From assembly GCF_032191835.1 (NCBI RefSeq), contig NC_083229.1, positions 97,588,001 through 97,652,000 on the forward strand: a DNA stretch of 64,000 bases, in the 5' to 3' direction. Shown here piece by piece: positions 24,575 through 37,082 of this stretch (position 1 is the stretch's first letter; every line of letters starts with the position of its first letter). This DNA comes from Heteronotia binoei. Lineage: Eukaryota. The translations under genes and the position numbers were made by a program. Below the pieces are notes generated by a model. That model was not told the DNA's origin and did not search any database. It saw only the letters and a list, made by a program, of their open reading frames with translations.

Positions 24575-26260
24575 GTCCTGAACCTATTTCCCATCAATCA
24601 CACTCCACCCCGAAGTTCTAGTGTTGAGAAAGAGAGAGAGAGAGACCACTGTAATGGATAGGAGGCTGTCCTGCCCCTGAAAGAAAAAAACAGCCACTCA
24701 GCTGAGCCTATGGGAATGCAGCTCCAGTATCCAATCACCTTTCAGAATAAGATGAAATGTAGGAGGGACACACATTAGGTGTCCAGTTCAGTTCTGTCTC
24801 AGGGAACTCTCTCAGCAGTGAGAGCTCAGGTCTGGATCATGAAAAGAGCAGACAAAGTGATGGGTAGCTCTGCTTGGAAGTGTGGCAGAATGGCTTAGTT
24901 CAACTTCTGAGAGACAATAAACGATTGTTGGGCCTGTCTCTGACAATGAGCAGACCTTGTGCCATTTTGTCTGACTCCTAGGAAAGGGCTGGCTGGTGTG
25001 GGTGGAATCTTGTATGTGTGTTAGAATCCAGCTAGTGGCCAGTCTATAAAACGTTGTTTGTGCCAGAAAGTATTTTAAAAATCCAAACTTCTCTCCAAAG
25101 CCATAACTAGTGTAAATTAATATGACACAGCCAGGTTTGTCATTTGTCTACCTGGAGACCTGTGTTCCTTTTCTGTTCCTTGAAACCAATGTGTAAATAA
25201 ATAAATATTTTCCATTGATGTACAGTTCCTGCCTCAGTGATCTCCACATTCTATTTGCTTATCACTAAATTTACTTCATGGCAGCAAACTCAAAGTCTAT
25301 ATACTTGCTACCTTTAAAACGCCTGGTAAGTGAGGGGAAGGTTTATTGTTTAAAATAAACATGGTTTCCCCAAAATCATAGGAGGGTGTGTGGGTCTTCT
25401 CAGTTGATAGAAATGGCCTGTCACACCCACTTATCCACCTCATGCATCATTTTGTAAACCTCCCTCATATCTCCACTTAACCATCTTTTTCTAGGTTAAA
25501 ACATCCCAGCCTTTTCTCATAGTAAAGGTGCTCCAGCCATCTTGTTTCTCTTTTTTACTCTTCACAGCTTTTTAATTTGTCCTTTTAATACTGAGGCTAT
25601 TAAACACAGTATTCAAAATGAGGTTGCACCACAACTGTACACATGCGTATTACCATTTTATTATCAATCAATAATCCCCACACAAAGTTTGTCTATTTCA
25701 CCACTATTAAACAATGAGTAGGCATTTTCATCATGTTGTAACCTACTACAACCATGAGATGTTTTTCAGCCTCAGTTGCAGCCACTTCAGACCCCATGGA
25801 AAAAAATATTGCACTCCATTTGCCACGTTAATAGCTGCTCACCCAATTTAGAGAGATTCCTCTGTAGCTCTTCACAATCTGCTTTGGTTTTTACAATCCT
25901 GAATCATTTGGTATCATCTGCAAACTTGGCTATAACACTACTCACCTTCAATTCCAAATAATTCATGAACAAATTAGCTAGCACTAGTTCCAGTATTGAT
26001 CTTTATGAGACCCCATTTATCCCTATCTTCCGCTTGTTGCCATTTGACCAACTTTTAATTCATAAGAGAATCCATGCTCTTATCCCATGATTGCTAAGCT
26101 TACTCAGCAGTCTTTGGTGAAGTACCTTGTCAAAAACCTTTTGACAGTCCCAATATATGACATCTACCAGATCATCCTAATCCACATACTGTCAACCAGG
26201 CCAAAGAATTCCAAGAGGTTGATGAGGCAGGATTTCACTTTCCAGAAGCTAAACTAATTG
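24575..26260 (-). pseudogene. Degraded CR1 RT/3' region, split by a solo LTR
   Basis: Reverse-strand remnants of FADDTK (~25905-25925) and VDVIY..QK.FDKV (~26120-26170). CR1 sequence resumes on both sides of 24650-25425. Confidence 0.7.
24650..25425 (+). mobile_element. Solo LTR (Gypsy/ERV-like) inserted in CR1
   Basis: TGTAAT...GTCACA termini, tataaaa near 25045, aataaa near 25197, candidate 5-bp TSD accac/cccac. Confidence 0.55.
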
Positions 26261-26460
26261 TTATGTCTGGGCTGAGTTATCTTATAATGGTGAGAGCTTC
26301 AACCCTATAGACAATAGAAAGGTAGGATTGAAACGGCTGCAGTCTGGTTGGTCGGGCTGCCAAGGAGTACATATAGGGGGACCGAGGTGAAATTTAAATA
26401 CACCTATGGGTCTACAGAGAGGTAGAGTTTCACTGTATATAACCAGGCCATGGTCTGGGG

Positions 26461-26739
26461 CAGGGGTGGCCAAACTTGCTTAACGTAGGAGCCACATAGA
26501 ATAAATGTCATATTTTTGAGAGTCAGAAGGAAGGCAGATGGAGGGAGGGAGAGAGAGGTGGAAAGAAAGTAACTTTAAATGCATTCTCTGAGCCACTGGC
26601 TGGCTTGGTTTGGAGAAGTGGTTTAAAGAAAGAAATGCTTTCTCCAAGTTGGCCAATGGGGCAGTGGGAACTTCAAGAGCTGCACAATATGTGTGAAAGA
26701 GCCACATGTGGCTCCTGAGCCACAGTTTGGCCACCCCTG
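26461..26739 (+). mobile_element. hAT MITE (TIR CAGGGGTGGCCAAACT)
   Basis: Perfect 16-bp TIRs; TSD gtctgggg/gtctgagg (7/8). Confidence 0.88.
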
Positions 26740-28482
26740 GTCTGAGGGTTTGCTTGCTGTAAATAGTTCTGAAATCAAGTAAAAGATGTTGATCACTACT
26801 CAGGGAGTCCTCATTATTGCTATCAAACCCAGTATTTAATACTAATTTTCCCTCAACAGGCTATTTTGCTTGATGTGCTTACTAGTTTTCTCAAAGATAT
26901 TGATAATTTTTGAAGGATATTGTTCAGCCAGAGTCAGATTTGAGGGAGAGGGGAGAAATGGCCCTGGAATAAGATCCTGCCTCCAGCTCACCTCACAGCC
27001 AGATGTGTCCTGATAGGGCCAAGAGGGAGTGAGCTGAGAGGAGGCATCCCAGCTCTTGCTGCAGTCGGGCCAGGGGAGTGCATCCTCTCCCTCATCGTGG
27101 TGGGGCTGGGGAGGGGTGGACCAATAAGGTATTGTGGAAAGCTCTCTTCCCCTATCATGCCCACTCCTTTGGGCCGTGGTGGCCCTGGCAGGGTGTGGCT
27201 TCTGGGTTCAATTAGCTCCAGTGGGGGAACAGCCTCCCAGACCATTGGCCCAGTAGGACTCTTCACAGTGGCTTTAATACTCAGTCTACCACTTTGTTCA
27301 GTCCACTAAACTCTGGTCAGAAAAGGAACCATTGATAAATCATCTCAGACAACAAAGAGGGCTCTTGAACAGCAATAAACCAGAGTAAGTCATGTGATAT
27401 GATATGTTCTGTTTAAGAACTGCAGAAAGACAGGCAGGGAAGATGCTGGTCATTTTTCCCTTTCAGAGGCAAGGTTTAAGTCAGCAAAACTAGCATGGGG
27501 AAGAAGGTTAACCCCACAGCCCTGACTTGAATTGAGGCCTCACGTCATCACTATTTCCTGTAAAGAGCACTGGGGAAAGTGGTTCATGCCATGTCCTAAA
27601 GTGCTTTACAGATTATTAGCAATATACCCCATATACTATGGTCATCTTTTTGCCAATGGGCCTCTCTTTTCAAAACGTTGTGCTATGTATTGTGTGGTAT
27701 AAATTGCTATATATAAAGCAAGAATCTCTCCCCTCCCAAAGAATAATAAATAAATATAGGAACTCTGAATTCTTCCTTTTACCATTTTATAATTTATTCC
27801 TGACATCAAAAAAGCACTTGTAAAAGATTGTGTGTAGGCATTTTGCAGTGTTAATTTGGGCCAGAAATAACTCAGAGGCATATGAACAATTGAAGACTTT
27901 CCATTTTCAATTGAAATAGAAAATTAGCTGAAATCAAGGAAGGCGGAGAGGACAGAGTGATCTGTTCATATGCCTGATCAATTATGCCTGTTGTGTTTTG
28001 TGTTTTGTTTTTTTAAATACCAAAGAAATTAAAACAGCAGATGAGTTCTTCTGCAGATAAATGTATTTTATAATTATACTGGGTGCTCTTCCCTATTTGA
28101 GGGACTGTCATCGCCCACAGTGTGTGTCTCTTCTTTATTTATGGACCTTTAGCAATGCTGCAGACACTTAAGTTGCCTTGCATTATCAACACTGAGAAAG
28201 GCAACTTTGCTTGGCTTTGGAGAAATCTCCTCTCTAACCTTGAAAAGGATTGATGTCTTAATACAGTGATGTATGGGGATAAGCTTTCCATAGTTATGAG
28301 CAATCACTCTAACTGGCAAGCCATGCCAATCACAAGAGATCTATGCAGCTTATGTGCAAGAACTAGTTAATCACTGAACAGCATGAACAAGGACCAGATA
28401 TATAACTGTAGTTAAGCAGAGAGATCCAAGTCCAATTTTATTGGTTAGAGAATGTGAGTGTAAATTGTTGGTTTGTTTTTCC

Positions 28483-28594
28483 CAGGGCTTTTTTTGTAGA
28501 AAAGGCCCAGCAGGAACTCGTTTGCATATTAGGCCACACCACCTGATGTCAAGCCAGCCGGAACTGCATTCCTGTTAAAAAAAAAAAATCCCTG
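28483..28594. mobile_element. MITE (TIR CAGGGCTTTTTT family)
   Basis: cagggcttttttt ... aaaaaaaatccctg; TSD gtttttcc/ttttttcc (7/8). Confidence 0.75.
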
Positions 28595-28977
28595 TTTTTT
28601 CCTGATTCAAATGTTGCCAGAATAAACTGGCAAGCAGGTTTTGAACTTGTTGGTCAACACTTTCAAACCCCTTTTGACAAGAGATCCTAGAACTCAGGTT
28701 GAGTTAAAGACTTCTTACTTCACAAGTTCCAGGAAGCTCCACCCATTTTCAGCAGGAGAAGTCATGCCTTATGTACTGCCTGGTAGAACAAGTTGAGATC
28801 ACCCAGCTGTGCATGTTTTTCCACTCTCTGCATACTGATCCTCACTGTACTTTGCACACCCATGGAGATTAATGATAGGAAACTGAATGCTGTTTTTTCT
28901 ATGGACCAATGTTAAGTGCATAACTCAGGGCGAGCTAAAGGGTAAAATGGACCCTGCTGGTGAAATAATTTCTCATG

Positions 28978-29173
28978 TAGGGATGCCAGGTGGGACCTGG
29001 GGATACCCCAGAATTACAGCTCATCTCCAGACTACAGAGACCAAGATCCTTGGAGAAAATGAATGTTTTGTAGGGTGAACTCCTGTAGCATTGTATCCAG
29101 TGGAGGTCCCTATCTTCCCCAAGCTCTATCCTCACATCTCCAGGAGTTTCCCAACCTGGATCTGGCAACCTTA
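28978..29173. mobile_element. hAT MITE (TIR TAGGGTTGCCAG family)
   Basis: tagggatgccag ... ctggcaacctta; TSD unclear. Confidence 0.65.
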
Positions 29174-29231
29174 GCCCTCATCCCCCACCAGTGGCCAGAG
29201 GGACCGGGACCTGGCAGCACTATGCCTATTC

Positions 29232-29812
29232 CAATCATAAAGTTGGAAGAGACCTCCAGGGTCATCTAGTTCAACCCTTGCACAATGCAGGAAATTCACA
29301 AATACCTCCCTCCTACACATATATCCTGTGACCTCTGTTCCATGCTCAGAAGATGGCAAAAAAAACACAACCCCTTCCAGGACCCCTGGGCAAACTGGCC
29401 TGGAGAAAAATTACTGCCTGACCCAAAGTGGCAATCAGCATTTCCTTGGGCATGTAAGAAAGGTCCGCAAGAACTGGTGCAATACTTCCTGCCCTCCCTC
29501 TCACGATCTGCCTAAGTTCACAGAATCAGCATTGCTGGCCATCTAGCCTGTTTAAAAACCTCCAAAGAAGGACAGCCCACCACCTTCCAAGGAAGCCTGT
29601 TCCACTGAGGAACTGTTCTAATTGTCAGGAAGTTCTTCCTACAGTTTAGCCAAAAACTCTTTTGATTTAATTTTGACCTGTTGATTCTGGTCCAACCTTC
29701 TGGGCCAACAGAAAACAACTCCACACCATCCTCTATATGACAGCCCCTCAAGTACTTTAAGATGGCTATCATATCACCTCTCCACCATCTCCTCTCCAGA
29801 CTAAACATACCA
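29232..29812 (-). mobile_element. CR1 3' fragment
   Basis: ORF 29518-29808 (MFSLERR..RGDMIAILKYL..RKNFLT..QWNRLP) is the CR1 ORF2 C-terminus, followed by the 3'UTR. Confidence 0.85.
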
Positions 29813-31041
29813 ACAATTATTAAAAATATGCTTATGGATACAATGCTGCACTCCTAGACAAACTTACTTCAAAATGAACCCCACTGAGATCATTAGCATT
29901 AAATTTCTAAGCAAACATAGTTTGCAGGATTGGGCTGTAGAGTTCAGCAGTTATTTTCACAGGCACTGGGTCTTCTTCAGTGATATGTTTACTAGAACTA
30001 GTGGTGCTGGAACCTGGCAGTGAAAAATGCATGACAAAAAAGTGTCAGCTGAGCTCAAAAGAAACCTTCCAAAAGGAAACCTAGTGAAAACAAACTATAA
30101 GGGGGGAAAGGTGTTCATTTTTAAAGAAATATATGAGAAAACAAAGCAATTGAAGAAATTGTCTAATTGTCAAAAGCATGGGAGGTAGGCTTCTGTATGT
30201 CACCTTATGTATACATTAGCTTCTCCATAATGAGGGCCAGTGCACTTACCAGTTCCCTGTGCGATGTTCACTAGCTTGATCATGCTATGGTATCCAACAG
30301 TTTGTGCATCACCTTCACCCAATTCTTTGTTTTCAAGCTCCATCTTGTGGTACCAAATCAGCCCTGGGCTCCTGCAGGTCAGAATTTTTATGCCACCAGC
30401 TTGCAGCAAACACAGCTGAACTTCTTCAAGCCCATCCCATCCTAATTATGTTACCAAATTGTATCACCATTTCAAACCAAATTCATCTACTCAGTAGTCT
30501 CGCTGGACCAGATAGAAACATCTGGACCACTGGATCAGATGAGCCCCCGCGTGATCATGCTGAAGTAGCGCCTCCAGCTTCCAACATTAATTATGGATGA
30601 AATGTCCGTCTGAATTGGTCAATAGATAGCATACATCTGTTAGTGCCTAAATATAATGCTATTTGCTTACGAATAATATATACACAAAAATAAAATGTTA
30701 TGAAAGCTGGGTATTTCAAAAACCATCAGCCAGCTTTCCAACAGTGCTTTAACCTACAAAGCAAAGAAAGTATTTTTGTTGCTATTCTTCTGAACGAACG
30801 CTGCTGTGGTTAATGGAATAATTCTTTCTATTATAGAAGTTAATTGATTGCAAAGGGTGATAATCATTGGGGTGGATCAATCATTAATTTCCTGAAAGCA
30901 CTTCTTGCATTAACAATGCTTAAAATTTCTGTTACGTGTCTACATTGTTTTCTCAAAGGAAGAAATAATTCTCTGAGCGTTTTATTTATTTAAATATATT
31001 TCTATATAAAAAGAGAGAGAGTTCCCATAAGTACAGTATTC

Positions 31042-31250
31042 AGGCTGTCAGGCTAGGGTCTGAGAAATCTAGGTTTGAATCACCATGCCATGGAAGCCTA
31101 CTGTGTGACCTTGGGTCAATCACTTTCTCCTTTTACCATTATAGCCTAACTTACGCCACAGGGTTGTTGTGAGAATAATAATGTTGTAAACTGCTTTGGG
31201 GGCACATTTGGGAGTGAAGTGTGGAATGAATATCTAAACAAATAAATAAT
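31042..31250 (+). mobile_element. tRNA/CORE-type SINE (MIR-like)
   Basis: B-box-like ggtttgaatc, core gtgaccttgggtcaatcac..cagggttgttgtgag, and an A-rich (AAAT) tail. Confidence 0.55.
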
Positions 31251-31674
31251 CTACCCTACAACAAAGATTTTTTTAAAAAAAGCAATGCAACATGGCAACA
31301 ATCAATACTGTCAGCAGTTATAAATGTATAAAGCAACAGCCAAGCAATACCATAGCAGTAAAAAGATGAAATCAACAGAATAATACAGCAGAATAATAAA
31401 AATTAAGATCAATAAAAGTATCAGATAGCATTCAGTATTTCCACGGGGCTTGGAAAACAAAACAAGAAACTTACCGGTACTTAAAACTCAAAAGGGGAGA
31501 CAGTGGGCTAATATATGTTTGCCAGTTCTGTGTTGGGAAATGCCTGGATCCTGAGGAGGGTGGGGTTTGGGAAGGGGAGGGACTTCAATGAGGTTTAAAG
31601 CCATAGAGTCCACTTTCCCAAACAGTGATTTTCTCCAGGTGAACTGATCTCTGTCACCTGGAGTCAGTTGTAAT

Positions 31675-32013
31675 CAATGTTCCCTCTAAGCTGTGGAGTC
31701 TTGTGAGCAAAAATTCTACTTTGGGAGCTGCTGACATTAAAGTTGTGAGCTACTGCATAAATTAGTTTGCTGTAGGGCCATTTTTCCTGAGCTGAGACAA
31801 AAATGTGTGAGCTGAAGGCTAAAAAATTGTGAGCTAGGTCAGGGGTGGCCAACGGTAGCTCTCCAGATGTTTTTTGCCTACAATTCCCATCAGCCCCAGC
31901 CAGCATGGCCAATGGCTGGGGCTGATGGGAATTGTAGGCAAAAAAACATCTGGAGAGCTACCGTTGGCCACCCCTGAGCTAAGTCGCACTAATTCAGTTT
32001 AGAAGAAACACTG
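31675..32013. mobile_element. CAGTGTTCCCTCTAAG-family MITE (middle layer)
   Basis: caatgttccctctaagctg ... tttagaagaaacactg; TSD gttgtaat/gttataat. Confidence 0.8.
31840..31976. mobile_element. 137-bp near-perfect fold-back hAT MITE (inner layer)
   Basis: The two arms are reverse complements except for one extra A in a homopolymer, with a 10-nt loop; TSD agctaggt/agctaagt. Confidence 0.9.
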
Positions 32014-33099
32014 GTTATAATCCCAGGAGATCTCCAACCACCAACTGGAGGTTGGCAATCCCACTAATTCAGGAAGGTCAGGAACTCCATCAGCAAGTCA
32101 CCACCACAGCAAAAGCCTTGTCTTTAGTGGCCACACATTTCATTCTCAAAATGGCCATCTCTGATGATAATCTTAACAGGCAGGCAGGTATGTATGAAAA
32201 AGGTCATCCTTAAACTACCAGACATTTTGGGCTTTAAAAAGTAAGAATCAGGATTTTAAATTGAAATGAATGGAAAGTTCCTTTGGAACTGGGGACACTT
32301 GTTCACAAGATGTACCCCCTAGCAATCTTGCAGCTGAATTCTAAACTAATTAACATTTCTAAACAGTCTGCATAGTGTTATATAGTGTACTGGTCCCAAA
32401 GTGAGACTAGCAGGCCTCAGATTCAGTGGGAGTTCACAGGAGCACAGCTCCTGAACCTTTCTGAGAATTCCACCTCCTTGTCCATTGAATGGTAGGTGCA
32501 GCTGCATAACAATCTCTGGATGAGCTCCACCACCTATTTTTCTACAAAATGGCCCCTGAAGACTAGTAAGGTGTACACACTAAAGATCCTTAGGCTTACA
32601 TAAACCAATGTCATGGGACAAACCAGCCCAAAGGTCTCTTGGCTTTAAGATGGTAGGACTGTGGAAACTATTTCCCAAGAGTGCTTCACCTCAAGATGCC
32701 GATGTGAGGGAAAATGCATCTCTTTTCACATTAAAAGAAGGCTTTTTGATCAAAGGAAAGCTCTGATAAGAGGCACTCTCAGAAGGAAGCAGTCTAACAG
32801 CCTATATGTTAATTCAGTCCCCTTGGAGGCATCTATTAGCTCTGGGGCTCTTACCCCAATGGGTACACAACTGTCAGAAGGAAAACACAAACTTCAAAGT
32901 ATTACTGATACAAATTATATGGTTTCTTGAAAGGTGTTACTGCATAATACACTACAAAAGCACTACAAAAAGCAAATTACAAATTGAAACAGTTTGAAAC
33001 ACTACAAAAGCAAATTACAAACTGAAACAGGAATACATGAAAAGGTATGGATACAAAATCCTCAGTTCAGTACAAAGAGTTACAAGAAATGAGTCTGAG

Positions 33100-33143
33100 G
33101 CATTATAGCTGATGCATTATAGCTGATGCAGTATAGCTGATGC
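33100..33143. repeat. 14-bp tandem repeat x3
   Basis: gcattatagctgat twice, then gcagtatagctgat. Confidence 0.85.
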
Positions 33144-34779
33144 TGTGATCATGTTGTTTGGGTCTGTGAGGACACAGCTGACATCTAAGTTTGTTTCAGA
33201 GTCTGGACTGTCTCTGTAAGCAGAGAGAAACATCATTATCATCATTCATGATGTGTTGGGCTGGTTTGAGCTGCAAGCTGTAGGTGACAACCAGTAGTGT
33301 TCTGTTGTTATCTCCTTTGGGCTTTTCTGGATACATATGTTTTTGCTGACGTGCTTCTTTACTTCATTGGGAGGATACTATAATCCTGTGTAATACAGTG
33401 TAGAATGCCTGTTGTTAATCGTTCAGTTGGGAAGCCACGTCAGAGTGACTGGATGCTAAGAAATGTCATCCAAATGTCTGGGCTCATTGCATATAACCTA
33501 GCAGTTAAGAACTGTTAAAAGGGATCACTGAAAAAAAATAGCTGCATACATGCTTAATAATATTTCAGTCCAGAGATATATGATAAAGAGAAATCAATGT
33601 CTTGGGGACAGAAATGTAGTATATAGTCCCAGGGAACTGATTAATCAATTGCCAATCAATTTCTTAAGCTGCTAAATTAAGGTTTATGCTTTTTCCATTG
33701 TGCAAAAGACTTGATGCATTTTAAGCCAATTTTATATTTATAGCATAGTCACTAATTTTTATTATGAAATCTCTACAGCATGCTAAGCACCATTCTTATA
33801 ACATTTAGAAATGAATGGTCTAATAGATCTTCCTCCACTCCATCTGCCCTACTAATTTAAACTCTCTCCCTGGAATACAATTTGCAAACAGAAAATTGTC
33901 CCTTTCCAGAATGTTTTGTTTTATACTTGAATTTTCAAAAGTAATCTATGAACATTTATCTTTGATCTTTGTTTCTTTTGTATAGCACTCACACAAACAA
34001 ATGAAAAAGAAATGCATCTTTTCATCCTCCAGGTGAACACAGTAATTTTTTTTTTGCCTCCAGTTGCAGTTGTTTGCATCCAATTGAGTGGAAAGTAGCA
34101 TATTTTACCTGAAGATGGATTTGTTATCTGGCATTTCCCTTCTTAAAAATACAATATACTTCATTCATGGCCAAAGCCATAGTTATGTTTCCAAAACCAT
34201 CTATCAAATGGCATGCTATTGACAGCCTCTACCATGTGTGTGCAATAATATATTACATGGATTTCCATGACTCTTCTTAGGAACAGTTTCAATGTTTATA
34301 AATGTATCCACTGAGTAAGCAATGTATTTTATGTAGTGTGTGTGGGGGGGGAGTGTTCTGCCTTTTTTCTCAGAGTGGGCTACACGGTTCTCTCCTCCTC
34401 CTCCAACAAACCCGTGAGATAGGTTAGGTGAAAAGCAAATAATTGGCCCAAGGGCAGGTTTCCCTTCAGGCTAGGGCCATCCCAGAAATCCAGTGCATTA
34501 GCCAGTTATCCTGCTCAACAGATGCAGCTTTCTCCCTGGTTTCCTTTTTCCTCCAGTGAACCCAGGGAGAAAGCTGCATCAGAGCAGCATTATCCCATTC
34601 TCCCATGAGATTTAGAGGGAGTTTCTGGAGTTGTCCTTGTTGGAGTGAGTTACTCAGACATCGACAGGGCCAGTGCATGGGGGTAGGCAAACTAGGTGAC
34701 CACCTAGGGAGCCAGCTTGCAGCAGGGTCAGGGGCTGGGCAGGCACCACCGTCCCCGCTTGTACCATCCCTGAGCCTCT

Positions 34780-35385
34780 GACTCATTTTTTCTTGGCTCT
34801 GAGGGGTCAGAGGAGCTCCCCTGATCCCTCAGAGCCAAGAAAGAATGACGCCTCCCCTGTCCAGTGTGCTCTAAACTCCCTAGCTGAGTGTTTTTTCTTG
34901 GCTTTAAGGGATTGGAGGAGTTCCCCCAATCCTCAGAGCTGAGAAAAAATGGTGCTTCCCTTCCCCAGCACCCTCTGAACTTGGATAGCACTGGGCAGGG
35001 GACACTCCAAGTGTTCTTTCTCGGTTTTAAGGGATCAGAAGAGCTCCCCCAATCCCTCAGAGCCAAGGAAGAATGCCACTTCCCCTGCCCAATGCACTCT
35101 GAAGTCAGTGTGCGCTGGGCAGGGGACGTGCTGAGTGTTTTTTCTCAGCTTTAAGGGAGCGGAGGAGCTTCCCTGATCCCTCAGAGCTGAGAAAGAATGG
35201 TGCTTCCCCTGCACAGGACGCTCCAAACTCACAGCGCGCTAGGCAAGGGACACACTGAGTGTTCTTTCTCGGCTTTAAGGGATCAGAGGAGCTCCCCGAT
35301 CCTTTAGAGCTGAGAAAGAACAGTGCTTCCCCTGCCCAGTGCACTCCGAACTCAGAGAGCACTGGGCAGGGGATAACCGAGTGCC
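34780..35385. repeat. ~123-bp tandem array (~5 units), each unit with two hairpins
   Basis: Unit marker (g/a)agtg at 34886, 35009, 35133, 35257 and 35379. Confidence 0.85.
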
Positions 35386-35395
35386 CAGCACGATG

Positions 35396-35645
35396 TCACC
35401 TCTGGGGCATATATGGGGAGAGGTGATACCTCAGGTATGTCAGTCCCAGGCTATGCAAAGCTCTCTGGGGCACATATGGGGAGAGGTGATACCTCAGGTA
35501 TGTTAGTCCTAGACCATGCAGGGCTTTGAAGGTCAGCACCAATATCTTGAAGTGGATCCAGTACTCAATTGATAGCCAGTGCAATTGGCATAGCGCTGGC
35601 TGAACGTGCACTTGCACAGGCGATGCAGTCAGCAGGCATGCTACT
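35396..35645 (-). pseudogene. L2 LINE ORF2 C-terminal fragment with a 63-bp in-frame duplication
   Basis: LHWLSIEYWIHFKILVLTFKALHGLG is the L2 motif; the 21-aa segment is repeated (35400-35462, 35463-35525). Confidence 0.8.
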
Positions 35646-37082
35646 GCATTTTATCTAACCCCCCTAAAGAGTCTACAAAAACTGTTTTTGAAGGAAGACA
35701 CTTGGCATGGGTGTGGGGGGGTTGTTATCTGTATTCAGTACCAGAGTCCCTGTAGTTCCCAACTTGTCATTCTCAAGAAAACAGTTAAATATCCGCTCAC
35801 TACCTTTACCTTTATTGGGGAGATTAATAAAGTATTCTTTGGGCGGGGGGAAGACACTTTCTATAAGGGGTGCCTCCATGGAGTTGGGTGAATTGGAAAG
35901 GGTGGGCTAAGATTGGCTTTATCAGAACCACGTTTGTGTCTACTGCTCTGGAGAGGGAGGTATTAGTAATGAGGATCCCTCTTTGATTTCCAGAAGTCTA
36001 GACCTCAGTTGACCCAATCAGTCAGTAATTGCTGTATGCTCTGAAGCTGGTAGAGCAGAGAAAGTCTTATTAGACCACAGCATCTCTAAGAAAACTCTAC
36101 ATTGGTTTCTGTGTTAGTCTCTGAGAAAGCAGGAGGATTGTCCCAGCTGATTAAATCTTGGTGTAAAGAGCTGGCTGGACCACTTTCCAGACACTTGCCT
36201 TTAACTGCAAGACTGGGAAAGTGTGGAGTTTTCCAGTTGAAAAGTGGAGACTGAATTATATTCACAAAAACCATGTTGGGATAGTTCCCTTTTTTTTAGG
36301 AAGTCTTTCTGTTGGATTAATAATGAGGGAACAACTGGAAAAAAGACTGGGTGACACTGTTGAATAAAAAGCTTTTAATGTTGGAAGGTCATGGAAATAA
36401 ATTCGGCTGGCACGCTTATATGTACTATGGAAAGAAAAAGTTGGAAGGGTTTTTTTCTCACCATTATATAAGAAATAATCTACTAAATATTTGGATGAAG
36501 TACAAGAAATATGGCGATGAGAGAAAACCACTATGGATAGTGCCAGCAGAAGTAATAAGAAGAACACCTGAGACAGGAGAGGATAAAGGGATGTCATATA
36601 ATCAATTACTAAAAATACAAAGCAGTAAAATAGAATTGAAAACTGCTGAAGAGTTGAATAATAAATATGATTGGTTTCAAATGCAACAAATAAAAAGTTT
36701 GGTGGAAAGCAATGTTAAAACTGAAGGAATAAGACGAGAACAAACAAAAATGGAAAAAGTTCTGCTTGGAGATAATGAAAAATTAATTTCAAAAATCTAT
36801 AAATTACTTTTAAAATGGTCTACGGAAGCTGAAGTAGTGAAATCTCAAATGATTAAGTGGGCAATTAATGTAAATAAAGAAATACAGATGGACACATGGG
36901 AATATTTGTGGAAGAACTCTATGAAACTCTCAACATGTCAGAGTATTAAAGAAAATTGTTTTAAGATGATGTACAGATGGTATATGACGCCTAAAAAGTT
37001 GGCAAAGGTGAACAATAAGATGCCAGATAGATGTTGGAAATGTAAAAAACATGAAGGTTCTTTCTACCATATGTGGTAGACT

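Larger units (their letters stand above)
31514..32063. mobile_element. Outer TAGGGTTGCCAG-family MITE hosting two nested MITEs
   Basis: Degenerate TIRs tatgtttgccag / ttggcaatccca. The body ggagtcagttgtaat...gttataatcccaggagatctcc is split by an insertion. Confidence 0.6.

Noticed and set aside
30200-30600. Possible host exon (minus-strand donor CTG|GTAAGT at 30249; peptide SPGLIWYHK...IAQGT)
   Set aside because: The acceptor is weak and the peptide is not recognised. It needs tBLASTn or RNA-seq, so it is not called.
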